From the NCBI GenBank assembly GCA_036675585.1, contig JAKFES010000042.1:14635-78634 (forward strand): a DNA stretch of 64,000 nucleotides, in the 5' to 3' direction. Below are positions 1 to 8,995 of the stretch, piece after piece (positions within the stretch are counted from its first letter, which is position 1; every line of letters starts with the position of its first letter). Both the position numbers and the translations under genes were made by a program. The stretch is from Burkholderiaceae bacterium. Lineage in GTDB: Bacteria; Pseudomonadota; Gammaproteobacteria; Burkholderiales; Burkholderiaceae_E. The notes beneath the pieces were generated by a model. That model was not told the origin of the DNA, did not search any database, and saw only the letters and a list, made by a program, of their open reading frames with translations.

Positions 1-1
1 G

Positions 2-1810
2 TTGCGCGTCGGCGAAGCCCGCGAAGTCGTGCCGCGCGAGGAAAGCGAACAGCGGATGCCCCGGAAAGCGCGTCTGCACGAGCACGCGGCTCTCGGCGCC
101 GCTGCGCCCCGCGCGCCCCGCCACCTGCATCAGCGTCGCGAACAGGCGCTCGGGCGCACGGAAGTCCGCCGAGAACAGGCCGGCGTCGGCGTCGAGCGCG
201 ACGACGAGCGTGAGGCGACGGAAATCGTGCCCCTTGGCGAGCATCTGCGTGCCGACGAGGAGGTCGACTTCGCCCGCGTGCGCCGCGTCGAGCACGCGCT
301 GCGCCGCGCCGCGCCGCCTCGCCACGTCGCGATCGAGCCGCGCGATGCGCCGCCCCGGGAACAACTCGGCGAGCCCCTCCTCGAGGCGCTGCGTGCCGCG
401 GCCGAGCGCCTCGAGATCGACGTTGCCGCAATCCGGGCACGCACGCGGAACCGGCTGCTCGACCGCGCAGTGATGGCAGACCAGCCGGTAGCGCGAAGCG
501 CCGGGCGCGCCGAGACGATGCAGCACGCGATACGCCGAGCAGTTCGTGCATCGGCTGAGCCAGCCGCAGGCCGCGCATGCGAGCACCGGCGCGTAGCCGC
601 GCCGGTTGATGAAGACGAGCGCCTGCTCGGCCCGCCCCAGCGTGCACTCGATCGCCTCGACGACGGGCGCTGCGAGCTGATGACGCAGCGACTGGCCGCG
701 CAGGTCGACGCACTCGACCGCCGGCAGCCGCGCCGCGCCGATCCGCTCGGGCAACGCGTGCATCGCGTAACGGCCGCGGCGAGCCGCGAACCACGTCTCG
801 AGCGACGGCGTCGCCGAACCGAGCACGACCGGTATCGCGCGCTGCGAGCCGGCGACGATGGCGAGGTCGCGCGCGGAATACCGCACGCCTTCCTGCTGCT
901 TGTACGAGGCATCGTGCTCCTCGTCGACGACGATCGCGGCGAGGTACGCCAGCGGCGCGAGCACGGCGAGCCGCGTGCCGAGCACGACGCGCGCGCGCCC
1001 CTCGACCGCGGCCAGCCAGTGCGCCGCTCGCTCGCCGTCGGCGAGGTCGCTGTGCAGCACGGCGACGCGCTCGCCCGGAAAACGCGCGACGAGCTGCGCG
1101 AACAGCTGCGGCGTCAGCGCGATCTCGGGGACGAGCAGCAATACCTGTGCACGCGGGTCGCGGGCGAGCACTTCGGCCATCCAGCTCAGGTAGACCTCGG
1201 TCTTGCCACTGCCGGTGATTCCGTGCAGCAGGTGCACGGCGAAGCCTTCGGTCGTGCGCAGTCGCTCGAATGCGCGGCGCTGCGCGTCGTTCAACGGGGG
1301 CGGTTGCGTCGCCGCGAGCGCCGGCGGACACGCCTTCTCCCATCTCGCACGCGCACGCGAGAAGGGTGTGCCGCGCGTACCGCGCGCCGGCGCGAGCGCA
1401 CGGAACAGCTTCGGAATCGCCGGCAACGCGACTTCGCCGATACCGCGGTGGTAATAGCGCGCGGCGAAGCGCACCAGATCGAGCCACGCGGCGGGCAGCA
1501 CCGGCGCGTCGTCGAGCAGCACGCCCAGCGGCTTCACGCGCGCCGGATCGATCTCGCTGTGCGTGCTGTGCTCGACGACGAGTCCGATGCGCCGCCCCCG
1601 TCCCCACGGCACGACGGCCCAGGCGCCGACGGGAACGCTGCGCCCCGGACCGTGTTCCGGATCGCCGTCGCCATCGAGCGCGTAGTCGAAGAGCGATGTG
1701 CCGAGCTGCGAAGCGGGCACGTCGATTGCCACCCGCACGTACCGCGGCCGATCGGCGCGCCCGCTGCGCGCCGGTTCAGGCGACGCGGCCGCCCCGATCG
1801 CCGGACTCAT
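2..1810 (-). CDS. priA: Primosomal protein N' (replication restart helicase), 3'-truncated by the window edge
   Basis: Not in the ORF track because no stop codon falls in the window. Manual minus-strand translation from ATG at 1810 gives YVRVAIDVP...LFDY...VPWGRGRRIGLVV, Walker A LLHGITGSGKTEVY and LVFINRRGYAP, all typical PriA motifs. Confidence 0.93.
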   Translation of the reverse strand, partial: MSPAIGAAASPEPARSGRADRPRYVRVAIDVPASQLGTSLFDYALDGDGDPEHGPGRSVPVGAWAVVPWGRGRRIGLVVEHSTHSEIDPARVKPLGVLLDDAPVLPAAWLDLVRFAARYYHRGIGEVALPAIPKLFRALAPARGTRGTPFSRARARWEKACPPALAATQPPPLNDAQRRAFERLRTTEGFAVHLLHGITGSGKTEVYLSWMAEVLARDPRAQVLLLVPEIALTPQLFAQLVARFPGERVAVLHSDLADGERAAHWLAAVEGRARVVLGTRLAVLAPLAYLAAIVVDEEHDASYKQQEGVRYSARDLAIVAGSQRAIPVVLGSATPSLETWFAARRGRYAMHALPERIGAARLPAVECVDLRGQSLRHQLAAPVVEAIECTLGRAEQALVFINRRGYAPVLACAACGWLSRCTNCSAYRVLHRLGAPGASRYRLVCHHCAVEQPVPRACPDCGNVDLEALGRGTQRLEEGLAELFPGRRIARLDRDVARRRGAAQRVLDAAHAGEVDLLVGTQMLAKGHDFRRLTLVVALDADAGLFSADFRAPERLFATLMQVAGRAGRSGAESRVLVQTRFPGHPLFAFLARHDFAGFADAQ

Positions 1811-1825
1811 CAGACTTCGCTTTAA

Positions 1826-2160
1826 CTTCGCCGGTTAACGGGCTGCCTACAAAGCGCTTTTCCGGGTCGTTCACAGAAGCTGTGGATAAAACTGTGAACA
1901 AAACGTCGATACCGTGCGCAAGAGCCCGTGAATCCACGCTTCCGCGTGGGTTGCTCAATTTTTCATCAAACTGAAGTCCTTTGAAATCAAGGACTTGGAA
2001 AAGCCCTACTCGGTGTAGTGGCCCTGCAACGTCGGAAAGCGACGTCCGGCTCGTTCTGTGCATAAGTCAGCGGTTACCCGCATTTCGGGCCCGACATTTG
2101 TTGCGCTCTGCGCAACGCGCAAAGCGATCGGCCCGGCGCGGCCGGGCGCGCGGGTGGCAA
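1826..2160. other. Candidate chromosomal replication origin (oriC)
   Basis: Intergenic priA/hemE. Perfect DnaA box TGTGGATAA at 1881-1889; TGTGCATAA at 2057-2065 (fits TTWTNCACA); near matches TGTGAACAA at 1893-1901 and TCGTTCACA at 1867-1875. AT-rich tract at ~1951-1990 and an IHF consensus at 1985-1997. Confidence 0.6.
1985..1997 (+). promoter_or_regulatory. IHF-binding consensus site
   Basis: AATCAAGGACTTG is an exact match to WATCAANNNNTTR and lies inside the DnaA-box cluster. Confidence 0.55.
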
Positions 2161-3267
2161 CTAGCGGGCGCGCTGGCGCCTGCTGTACGTGTGCACCGCA
2201 TCGGCGAGCACGGCGACGCTGTCGGGGGGCGTGAACTGCGAAATCCCGTGGCCGAGGTTGAACACGTGGCCGAAGCCCGGTGCCGGAACGCCGAAGGCAT
2301 CGAGCACGCGCGCCGTTTCCTCGCGCACGACCTCGGCGCCGGCCATCAGCACCATCGGATCGAGATTGCCCTGCAGGGCACAGCGCGCACCGACGCGTTC
2401 GCGGGCACGGGCGAGATTCACCGTCCAGTCGACGCCGATCGCGTCGCAGCCGAGCCCCGCGATGTCCTCGAGCCACAGCCCGCCGCCCTTCGTGAACACG
2501 ATGGTCGGGATGGCGGCCGAAGGCGCGGCGCCGTCGGCCGACGACGCCGTCTCGCGGCGCAATCGCAGCGCGCGCAGCACGCGCCGCATCGGTTCGAGCG
2601 AGAAGCGTTGATACGCGCCGTCGGCGAGCGCCCCGCCCCACGAATCGAACAGCATCAGCGCCTGCGCGCCGGCATCGATCTGCGCATTCAGGTACGCCGC
2701 GACGGCCTCGGCGTTGACGTCGAGGATCCGCTCGAGCAGGTCGGGGCGCCGGTACAGCATCGACTTCACCTGGCGAAAATCGACGCTCGCCCCGCCTTCG
2801 ACCATGTAGCAGGCGAGCGTCCACGGACTGCCGGCGAAGCCGATCAGCGGCACGCGGCCGGCGAGCGCCGCGCGGATCGTTCGCACCGCGTCGGTCACGT
2901 AGCGCAGCTCGCGCTCCGGATCCGGCACGGCGAGCTGGCGCACCGCTGCCTCGTCGCGCACCGGTCGCTCGAAGCGCGGGCCTTCGCCTTCGGCGAAATA
3001 CAGCCCGAGCCCCATCGCATCGGGAATCGTCAGGATGTCGGAGAACAGGATCGCCGCATCGAGCGGAAAACGCTCGAGCGGCTGCAGCGTGACCTCGCAG
3101 GCGAGCTCCGGATTCTTGCACAGCGCAAGGAAGCTGCCGGCGCGCTTGCGCGTCTCGTTGTACTCGGGCAGGTAGCGGCCCGCCTGGCGCATCAGCCACA
3201 GCGGGGTGTATTCGGTGGGTTCGCGGCGCAGCGCGCGAAGGAACGTGTCGTTGGCCAGTGCAGTCAC
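2161..3267 (-). CDS. hemE: Uroporphyrinogen decarboxylase
   Basis: [30 protein letters not shown] motifs. Confidence 0.97.
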   Translation of the reverse strand: MTALANDTFLRALRREPTEYTPLWLMRQAGRYLPEYNETRKRAGSFLALCKNPELACEVTLQPLERFPLDAAILFSDILTIPDAMGLGLYFAEGEGPRFERPVRDEAAVRQLAVPDPERELRYVTDAVRTIRAALAGRVPLIGFAGSPWTLACYMVEGGASVDFRQVKSMLYRRPDLLERILDVNAEAVAAYLNAQIDAGAQALMLFDSWGGALADGAYQRFSLEPMRRVLRALRLRRETASSADGAAPSAAIPTIVFTKGGGLWLEDIAGLGCDAIGVDWTVNLARARERVGARCALQGNLDPMVLMAGAEVVREETARVLDAFGVPAPGFGHVFNLGHGISQFTPPDSVAVLADAVHTYSRRQRAR

Positions 3268-3290
3268 CGGCCGATTCTAACCGCTCGCCC

Positions 3291-5324
3291 TCAGCCCCGC
3301 GCCCGCGCGTAGGCGACGTACCAGTCGAACACCTCGGGCTCGGCGATCGCATCGCGCTTGACCACCCGCTCGGGCGCATGGCCGAGCAGCAGCTTCTTCA
3401 CCGGCAGCTCGAGCTTCTTGCCGGTGAGTGTGCGCGGAATGCCCGGGGCGACGACGAACTCGTCGGGAACGTGGCGCGCACTCAGTGCGCCGCGCAACGC
3501 GGCGCGCAAGCTTGCCTCGAGCGCCGGGTCGAGCGACGCGCCGTCGCGCATCTGGACGAAGAGCAGCAGGCACGAATCGCGGCCGAGGTATTCGAGGTCG
3601 ACGACCAGGCTGTCGACGATCTCGGGAATCGCCTCGATGACGCGATAGAACTCGCTCGTTCCCATGCGGATGCCCGCGCGGTTCACGGTGGCGTCCGAAC
3701 GACCGTAGAGGACACCCCCGGTCGCACCCGGTCGCGCGACGAGCCGCAGCCAGTCGCCGTGCCGCCACACGTTGCGTCCGTCGGCGCCGCGGAAGCGATC
3801 GAAATAGCTCTCGCGATACCGCGCATCGCCTTCGTCGTTCCAGAAATACAGCGGCATCGACGGCATCGGGCGCGTGCACACGAGCTCGCCGACCTCGCCG
3901 ACGACCGCCTGCCCGGCCTCGTCGAACGCGTGCACGGCGCAGCCGAGATTGCGGCACTGCAGTTCGCCCTCGTACACCGGCAGCGTCGGTGCGCCGACCA
4001 GGAAGCCGCCGGCGATGTCGGTGCCGCCCGACACCGAAGCGAGCCACACGTCGGGCTTGACGTCGCGGTAGATCCATCGGAAACACTCGCCGGACAACGG
4101 CGAACCGCTCGACTGGATCGCCTCGAGCGCGTCGAGGCGGGCGAATTCGCGCGGCGCGATGCCGGCTTTCAGTCCGTTGGCGAAGAACGCCGCGCCCGCA
4201 CCGAAGGTCTGCACGCGGTTGCGCTCGACGAACCGCCACAGGAAACCCCAGTCGGGCGTCTTCGCCGGACCGCCGGAGCTGCCGTCGTACAGGCACAGCG
4301 TCGCGCCGGCGAGCAGACCCATCACCTGCAGGTTCCAGACGATCCAGCCGGTGGATGACGCCCAGAAGAAGCGATGTCCGGGCTCGAGGTCGGTGTGCAG
4401 CACGGTCGTGACCAGACCGGCGACGAGGATGCCGCCGTGGCCGTGCACGATCGATTTCGGCAGCCCGGTCGTGCCCGACGAATAGACGATCCACAACGGA
4501 TGATCGAACTCGACCGGTTCGGCGCGCAGCGGTCCGGCCTCCTCGTGCAGCGCGTCCTCCCAATCGAGCACCGGCAGCGATGCGTCGAGCGCCGGGCGTG
4601 CATCCGCATCGAGATGCCGCAGCCAGACGAGATGGCGCAGCGACGGCAGCGCCGCGACGATCGCGCGCAGCGCATCGCGCCGGTCGAAATCGCGCCCGCC
4701 GAAGCGATAGCCGTCGCACGCGATCAGCACTTTCGGTTCGATCTGCCGGAAGCGCTCGGTCACGCCGACCGGGCCCATGTCGGGCGAGCAGACCGACCAG
4801 ATCGCTCCGATCGAAGCGACCGCGAGAAACGCGACGACCGTCTGCGGCACGTTCGGCAGCCAGGCGACGACGCGATCGCCGCGCTCGACGCCGAGCGCGC
4901 GCAGCGAAGCCGCGAAGGCCGCGACGTCGCGGGCGAGCGCGTCCCAGCCGGTCTGGCCGCATCCGGCCGCCTCGCTCTCCCAGACGATCGCCGGCCGGTC
5001 GGCGGCCGCGTGGCGCAGCATCTGGTCGACGAGATTCAGCCGCGCGCCCTCGAACCATTTCGCGCCCGGCATGCGATCGTCGGCAAGCACGCGCCGGTAG
5101 CCGGTCGCTGCCCGCACGTCGAACCAGTCCCACACCGCGCTCCAGAACCCTTCCGGATCGTCGGTCGACCAGCGCCAGAGATCCTCGTAGCACGCGAAGC
5201 GCAAGCCGCGCCGCTGCTCGACCCACTGCGCGAAGTGCGTGAGCTGCGCGGCGCGAACGCGTTCGGGCGACGGCGTCCACAGCGGCGCACCGCCGTGCGG
5301 CGGATCGATCGTTTTCTTCGTCAT
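3291..5324 (-). CDS. Acetoacetate-CoA ligase (AMP-forming acyl-CoA synthetase)
   Basis: AMP-binding YSSGTTGLPKSIVHGHGG, SVSGGTDI, GRSDATVNRAGIRMGTSEFY; 677 aa. Confidence 0.9.
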   Translation of the reverse strand: MTKKTIDPPHGGAPLWTPSPERVRAAQLTHFAQWVEQRRGLRFACYEDLWRWSTDDPEGFWSAVWDWFDVRAATGYRRVLADDRMPGAKWFEGARLNLVDQMLRHAAADRPAIVWESEAAGCGQTGWDALARDVAAFAASLRALGVERGDRVVAWLPNVPQTVVAFLAVASIGAIWSVCSPDMGPVGVTERFRQIEPKVLIACDGYRFGGRDFDRRDALRAIVAALPSLRHLVWLRHLDADARPALDASLPVLDWEDALHEEAGPLRAEPVEFDHPLWIVYSSGTTGLPKSIVHGHGGILVAGLVTTVLHTDLEPGHRFFWASSTGWIVWNLQVMGLLAGATLCLYDGSSGGPAKTPDWGFLWRFVERNRVQTFGAGAAFFANGLKAGIAPREFARLDALEAIQSSGSPLSGECFRWIYRDVKPDVWLASVSGGTDIAGGFLVGAPTLPVYEGELQCRNLGCAVHAFDEAGQAVVGEVGELVCTRPMPSMPLYFWNDEGDARYRESYFDRFRGADGRNVWRHGDWLRLVARPGATGGVLYGRSDATVNRAGIRMGTSEFYRVIEAIPEIVDSLVVDLEYLGRDSCLLLFVQMRDGASLDPALEASLRAALRGALSARHVPDEFVVAPGIPRTLTGKKLELPVKKLLLGHAPERVVKRDAIAEPEVFDWYVAYARARG

Positions 5325-5352
5325 GCCGGCGTCGTCGTGCCGCGCGCCGCGT

Positions 5353-6204
5353 TCACGAATCGGCGAGCGCGGCGACGGACATCGTCCTCGTGTTCGCCCA
5401 CGCTTTCGGCGTTGCGCCGGTGCGCGTCGCGAACACGCGACCGAGCGCCGCCGGGCTGGCGTAGCCGACTTCGCCGGCGACCTGCTTCACCGGGCGCCCC
5501 TGTTGGAGCAGATGCTGCGCGAGGCCGATGCGCCAGCGCGTCAGGTACTCGCCGGGCGCCACGCCGAGCACCTGCTTGAATCGTGCGGCGAAGCGGGCGC
5601 GCGACATGCCCGCGGCAGCCGCGAGATCCTCCAGGTGCCAGTCGCGCTCGGGCTCGTCGTGCAGCACGACGAGCGCTTTCGACAGGCGCGCGTCGGCGAG
5701 CCCGGCGAGCATCCCGGTGCCGACCAGCCCGTGATCGATGACGTGGCGCAGGACCTGCACGAGCAGCAATTCGCACAGGCGGCTCAGCGCCACCTGTTGC
5801 CCGCACAAGCGGTGGTCGGCTTCGGCGGCGAGCTGCTCGAGCGTCGCACGCGCGTCGCCGAGCGCTTCGAGCGGCAGCACGAGCACCGGCGGCAGCGCCG
5901 CCGCGAGCGGCCCCACCGAGCCGCCGTCGAAATGAATCGACGCGCTCAGCAGCGTGGCGGGTGCGGACGCGGCAGGGCGCAACTCGTGCGCGAACGGCCT
6001 CGGATAGAACAGCAGCGACGCGCGCGCGAGATTCAACGGCGACCAGCCCGGATGCATCGAGCGCACGGCGCCGCCGCGCAGCAGATGGAGCCGACCCGCA
6101 TCGTGCTCGTCGCCGAAGACCGCCGCCTGCTGCAGCGGGCCGTTGCGGTCGACCCGCGCGGTGACGCTGAAGCGGGAAAGGAGACTCGACAGTCGATCGG
6201 GCAT
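5353..6204 (-). CDS. AraC-family transcriptional regulator (cupin-type N-terminus)
   Basis: C-terminal double HTH: WHLEDLAAAAGMSRARFAARFKQVLGVAPGEYLTRWRIGLA...VAGEVGYASPAALGRVF. Confidence 0.92.
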   Translation of the reverse strand: MPDRLSSLLSRFSVTARVDRNGPLQQAAVFGDEHDAGRLHLLRGGAVRSMHPGWSPLNLARASLLFYPRPFAHELRPAASAPATLLSASIHFDGGSVGPLAAALPPVLVLPLEALGDARATLEQLAAEADHRLCGQQVALSRLCELLLVQVLRHVIDHGLVGTGMLAGLADARLSKALVVLHDEPERDWHLEDLAAAAGMSRARFAARFKQVLGVAPGEYLTRWRIGLAQHLLQQGRPVKQVAGEVGYASPAALGRVFATRTGATPKAWANTRTMSVAALADS

Positions 6205-6331
6205 GCTCGGACGGCCGGGAAGGAAGGGGGCATTCTATGACACGGGCGCGCGCGTCGTCGCGAGCGAGTCCAGTAGACTCCTCGCTTTTCCAAGACGAAT
6301 CGCGATCTTTCTGCCTGGGGGGCGACCGAGC

Positions 6332-6910
6332 ATGCGCGACGCATCCGAAGACCGACCGTTCACGCACGCCGACTGGCGCCGCCTGCTGCGGAACCTGCAC
6401 GAGGACCCCGACCGCCCGGGCCTGCGCGAGACGCCGATGCGCGTCGAGCGCGCCTGGGAGCACTGGACCTCGGGCTACCTGCAGGATCCGGCCGACATCC
6501 TGAAGGTGTTCGAGGACGGCGCCGAGCAATACAGCGAGCTGATCGTCGTGCGCAACATCCCGGTGTACAGCCACTGCGAACATCATCTGGCGCCGTTCTT
6601 CGGCACCGCCACCGTCGGCTACGTCCCCGACGGACGCATCGTCGGGCTGTCGAAGCTCACGCGGCTCGTCGACTGCTTCGCCAAGCGGCTGCAGGTGCAG
6701 GAGCGCCTGACGCGACAGATCGCCGATGCGCTGATGTCGCACTTGTCGCCGGCCGCCGTCGGGGTCGTCGTTCGCTGCCGGCACCTGTGCATGGAGAGTC
6801 GCGGAATCCGCGCGATCGGCGAGGAGACCGTCACGTCGGCGATGCTCGGCGAGCTGCTGACGAATCTCGGGATGCGCACCGAGCTGCTCGCGCTCGACCG
6901 CGACCGCTGA
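6332..6910 (+). CDS. folE: GTP cyclohydrolase I
   Basis: GLRETPMRV, Zn motif SHCEHHLAPF, IVGLSKLTRLVD, RLQVQERLT, RHLCMESRG. Start moved to ATG 6332 inside ORF 6143..6910. Confidence 0.93.
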   Translation: MRDASEDRPFTHADWRRLLRNLHEDPDRPGLRETPMRVERAWEHWTSGYLQDPADILKVFEDGAEQYSELIVVRNIPVYSHCEHHLAPFFGTATVGYVPDGRIVGLSKLTRLVDCFAKRLQVQERLTRQIADALMSHLSPAAVGVVVRCRHLCMESRGIRAIGEETVTSAMLGELLTNLGMRTELLALDRDR

Positions 6911-6913
6911 CCG

Positions 6914-7435
6914 CTAGCGTGCCAGCCGGCGCGCATTGGCGGTCGCGCGCCGATGCACCGGCCCGAGCGCGCTGAACGCGATGCGCGGCGCCGAGCGCGC
7001 CCAGCGACGAGCCGCACCTCGGTAGACCGAGCGCCACGCGTCGCCGCCCCACGGGTTTGCGCCGGGCGCCGCCCACCACGCCTGCATCGACCACGCGGCG
7101 ATCTCGAACCAGGTCTGCCAGAACTGCGCGGTCGCGTCGGTGGCCGATTCGAACCAGGCTTCGGCTTTCTCGTCGAACATCCGGTGGAACTCGGCCCGGT
7201 CGACCGCGCCGGGAAACGGGCCGCTGCGCAGCATCCGACCCGAGCGGTGCGCGATGACCTGCGGCGCGGCCCATCCGATCTCGAGGCAGCGGATCCAGGC
7301 GGGAAACCACGCCCACATCGCCGTCGATGCGAGCGCGCCCGTGGCGAGCGCCTGTGTCGTACGCCGCGCTTCGCGTGCGTTCGTCGTGCCTGCGCGAAGC
7401 ACGCTCGTCTGCATGGCTCGTGCCGCTTTCTGCAT
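6914..7435 (-). CDS. Putative polyhydroxyalkanoate granule-associated phasin-like protein
   Basis: AAPQVIAHRSGRM...DRAEFHRMFDEK and C-terminal PVHRRATANARRL resemble (from recall) betaproteobacterial phasin-like proteins; Ala/Trp-rich helical. Confidence 0.5.
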   Translation of the reverse strand: MQKAARAMQTSVLRAGTTNAREARRTTQALATGALASTAMWAWFPAWIRCLEIGWAAPQVIAHRSGRMLRSGPFPGAVDRAEFHRMFDEKAEAWFESATDATAQFWQTWFEIAAWSMQAWWAAPGANPWGGDAWRSVYRGAARRWARSAPRIAFSALGPVHRRATANARRLAR

Positions 7436-7538
7436 CGCGCTTTCCGGAGGTTGGGGGATCGACCGATCGTGTCACGTTTTTCACGACGACCCCCGGCGTT
7501 TCGCCGGCGTGCGCCCGCGAGACGCTGCCGGCGCAATG

Positions 7539-7553
7539 GGCATCCAGCTTGCT
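7539..7553 (+). promoter_or_regulatory. Candidate sigma-54 (-24/-12) promoter
   Basis: GGCAT-CCAGC-TTGCT has the GG-N10-GC spacing and lies ~50 bp upstream of the ElaB/YqjD-like gene. Confidence 0.45.
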
Positions 7554-7603
7554 CCGAACAACGGACCACTGGCCACACGTCCACGCAGCAAAGGAGCGCA
7601 AGT

Positions 7604-7948
7604 ATGCAGACCGGCACACAACCATCGGGCGGCGGAACGACCTCGTCGAATCCCGGCTCGTTTCCGACCTCGGATACGATGAAATCGGCGGAACGCGGCG
7701 CCGAGCGCTTGACCGAGAAAGCCTCCGAGGCCGTCGACCGGCTGTCGGAGAAAGTGCAGCCGACGATGGACGCGCTGAGCGAGAAGGCCTCGCACGCGGT
7801 CGACGCGGTGTCGCACAAAGCCGACCAGCTCCGCGGCATGCAGGAAACCGCGCTGGAGACGACGCGCAGCTACGTTCGCGAGAATCCGATCGCCGCGATC
7901 GGGATCGCGGCGGTCGCGGGCCTGTTGCTCGGTCGCATGAGGCATTGA
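7604..7948 (+). CDS. ElaB/YqjD/DUF883-family tail-anchored membrane protein
   Basis: AAGGAG SD at 7591-7596. Charged helical body plus C-terminal YVRENPIAAIGIAAVAGLLLGR. Confidence 0.85.
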   Translation: MQTGTQPSGGGTTSSNPGSFPTSDTMKSAERGAERLTEKASEAVDRLSEKVQPTMDALSEKASHAVDAVSHKADQLRGMQETALETTRSYVRENPIAAIGIAAVAGLLLGRMRH

Positions 7949-7950
7949 CG

Positions 7951-8382
7951 ATGAGTGCCCGGTATCCGAGTCATCCGGGGCCGGGCGCCGTCTCGTTGCG
8001 CGAGGCGGTGTTCGACCTGTTCGACTCGCTTCGCGCCTCGCTGGCCACGCGCCTCGAGCTCGTCGCGCTCGAGGGGCGGCGCGCGGGCGTCGCGCTCGCG
8101 CAGATGATGATCGTCGGCGTGCTCGGCGCGATTCTCGGGATCTCGGCCTGGCTCGTCGCCGTCTGGGGAATCACCTGGGGGCTGATGGAACTCGGCCTCG
8201 CGCCCTGGCTCGCCATCGTGCTCGTCATCGCGGCCAACCTGATCGGCGCCTGGCTGTGCGTGCTCGCGGTCAAGCGACTCGCCCAGCGGCTGCTGTTCCC
8301 GGCCACGCTGCGGCACCTGCACGTGGGCAAGTCGGCTGCCGGCCCGTCGTCCGACACGGAGCGTATGAATGAAGCAGCCTGA
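7951..8382 (+). CDS. YqjE-like membrane protein (phage holin 3_6 superfamily)
   Basis: TRLELVALE motif followed by two hydrophobic segments; directly downstream of the DUF883 gene as in yqjD-yqjE-yqjK clusters. Confidence 0.7.
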   Translation: MSARYPSHPGPGAVSLREAVFDLFDSLRASLATRLELVALEGRRAGVALAQMMIVGVLGAILGISAWLVAVWGITWGLMELGLAPWLAIVLVIAANLIGAWLCVLAVKRLAQRLLFPATLRHLHVGKSAAGPSSDTERMNEAA

Positions 8383-8713
8383 TTACGAAGACCAGTTGTT
8401 GCGCGCCGACCGTGCGGTGACCACTGCCGATCGCGACGTGCGCACCGCCGTCCAGGTGCTCGGCGAGGGCGCCACGCCGCGGCTGGCGCAGATCGGCCTC
8501 GCCGCCGTCGCGCTCGGCGTCGTCGGCGCGCTGCTCGTGCGCAGCGGAAGACGCTCGAATTCGCGGCTGTTCAAGGCGATCGACTACTCGGTGCTGCTGC
8601 CGCTCGCGGCGAACGTCATTCCGCGCATCGTCTCGATGATGTCGAATTCGCGACAGCCCTATGCATCGCCGGTCGTGCAGCCGGACTACGCGAGCCGGGC
8701 GCGTACGCCATGA
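8369..8713 (+). CDS. Hypothetical membrane protein (YqjK-like position)
   Basis: Overlaps the upstream stop; central hydrophobic segment LAQIGLAAVALGVVGALLV. Confidence 0.6.
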   Translation: MKQPDYEDQLLRADRAVTTADRDVRTAVQVLGEGATPRLAQIGLAAVALGVVGALLVRSGRRSNSRLFKAIDYSVLLPLAANVIPRIVSMMSNSRQPYASPVVQPDYASRARTP

Positions 8714-8973
8714 CGCGCCGTTCGGACCGTACGATCGCCCGCCCGGACGCGCACGCCGACGAGCGCAGCCGCAACACGCCGTGGATGGCCATCGCGCTGG
8801 TCGCCGGGATCGTCGCCGGCGCGAAGCTCGCGCAATCCTGGTATCGCGAAGCGAAGAGGCACGCTCGCGCGCAGGAGCGGCGCGAGCGCCTGCAGACCTG
8901 GGAAGGCGAAGGCGGAGCGCTTCCCGGCACCATCGGCACCGGCAGCGCGGCGAACCCGCCGCCCCGGCACTGA
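8710..8973 (+). CDS. Small single-TM hypothetical protein with WEGEGG motif
   Basis: ATGA overlap with the upstream gene; TM segment WMAIALVAGIVAGA; C-terminal LQTWEGEGGA. Confidence 0.6.
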   Translation: MTRRSDRTIARPDAHADERSRNTPWMAIALVAGIVAGAKLAQSWYREAKRHARAQERRERLQTWEGEGGALPGTIGTGSAANPPPRH

Positions 8974-8995
8974 TCCGGCGCGAGCCGGTTTCGCG

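Noticed and set aside
2-1825. 607-aa + strand ORF
   Set aside because: Antisense shadow of priA; the PriA motifs read on the minus strand and this frame is Arg/Ala-rich with no recognisable motifs.
7951-8382. Holin-superfamily membrane protein as evidence of a prophage
   Set aside because: Context is yqjD/E/K-like; no endolysin, capsid, terminase or integrase in the window.
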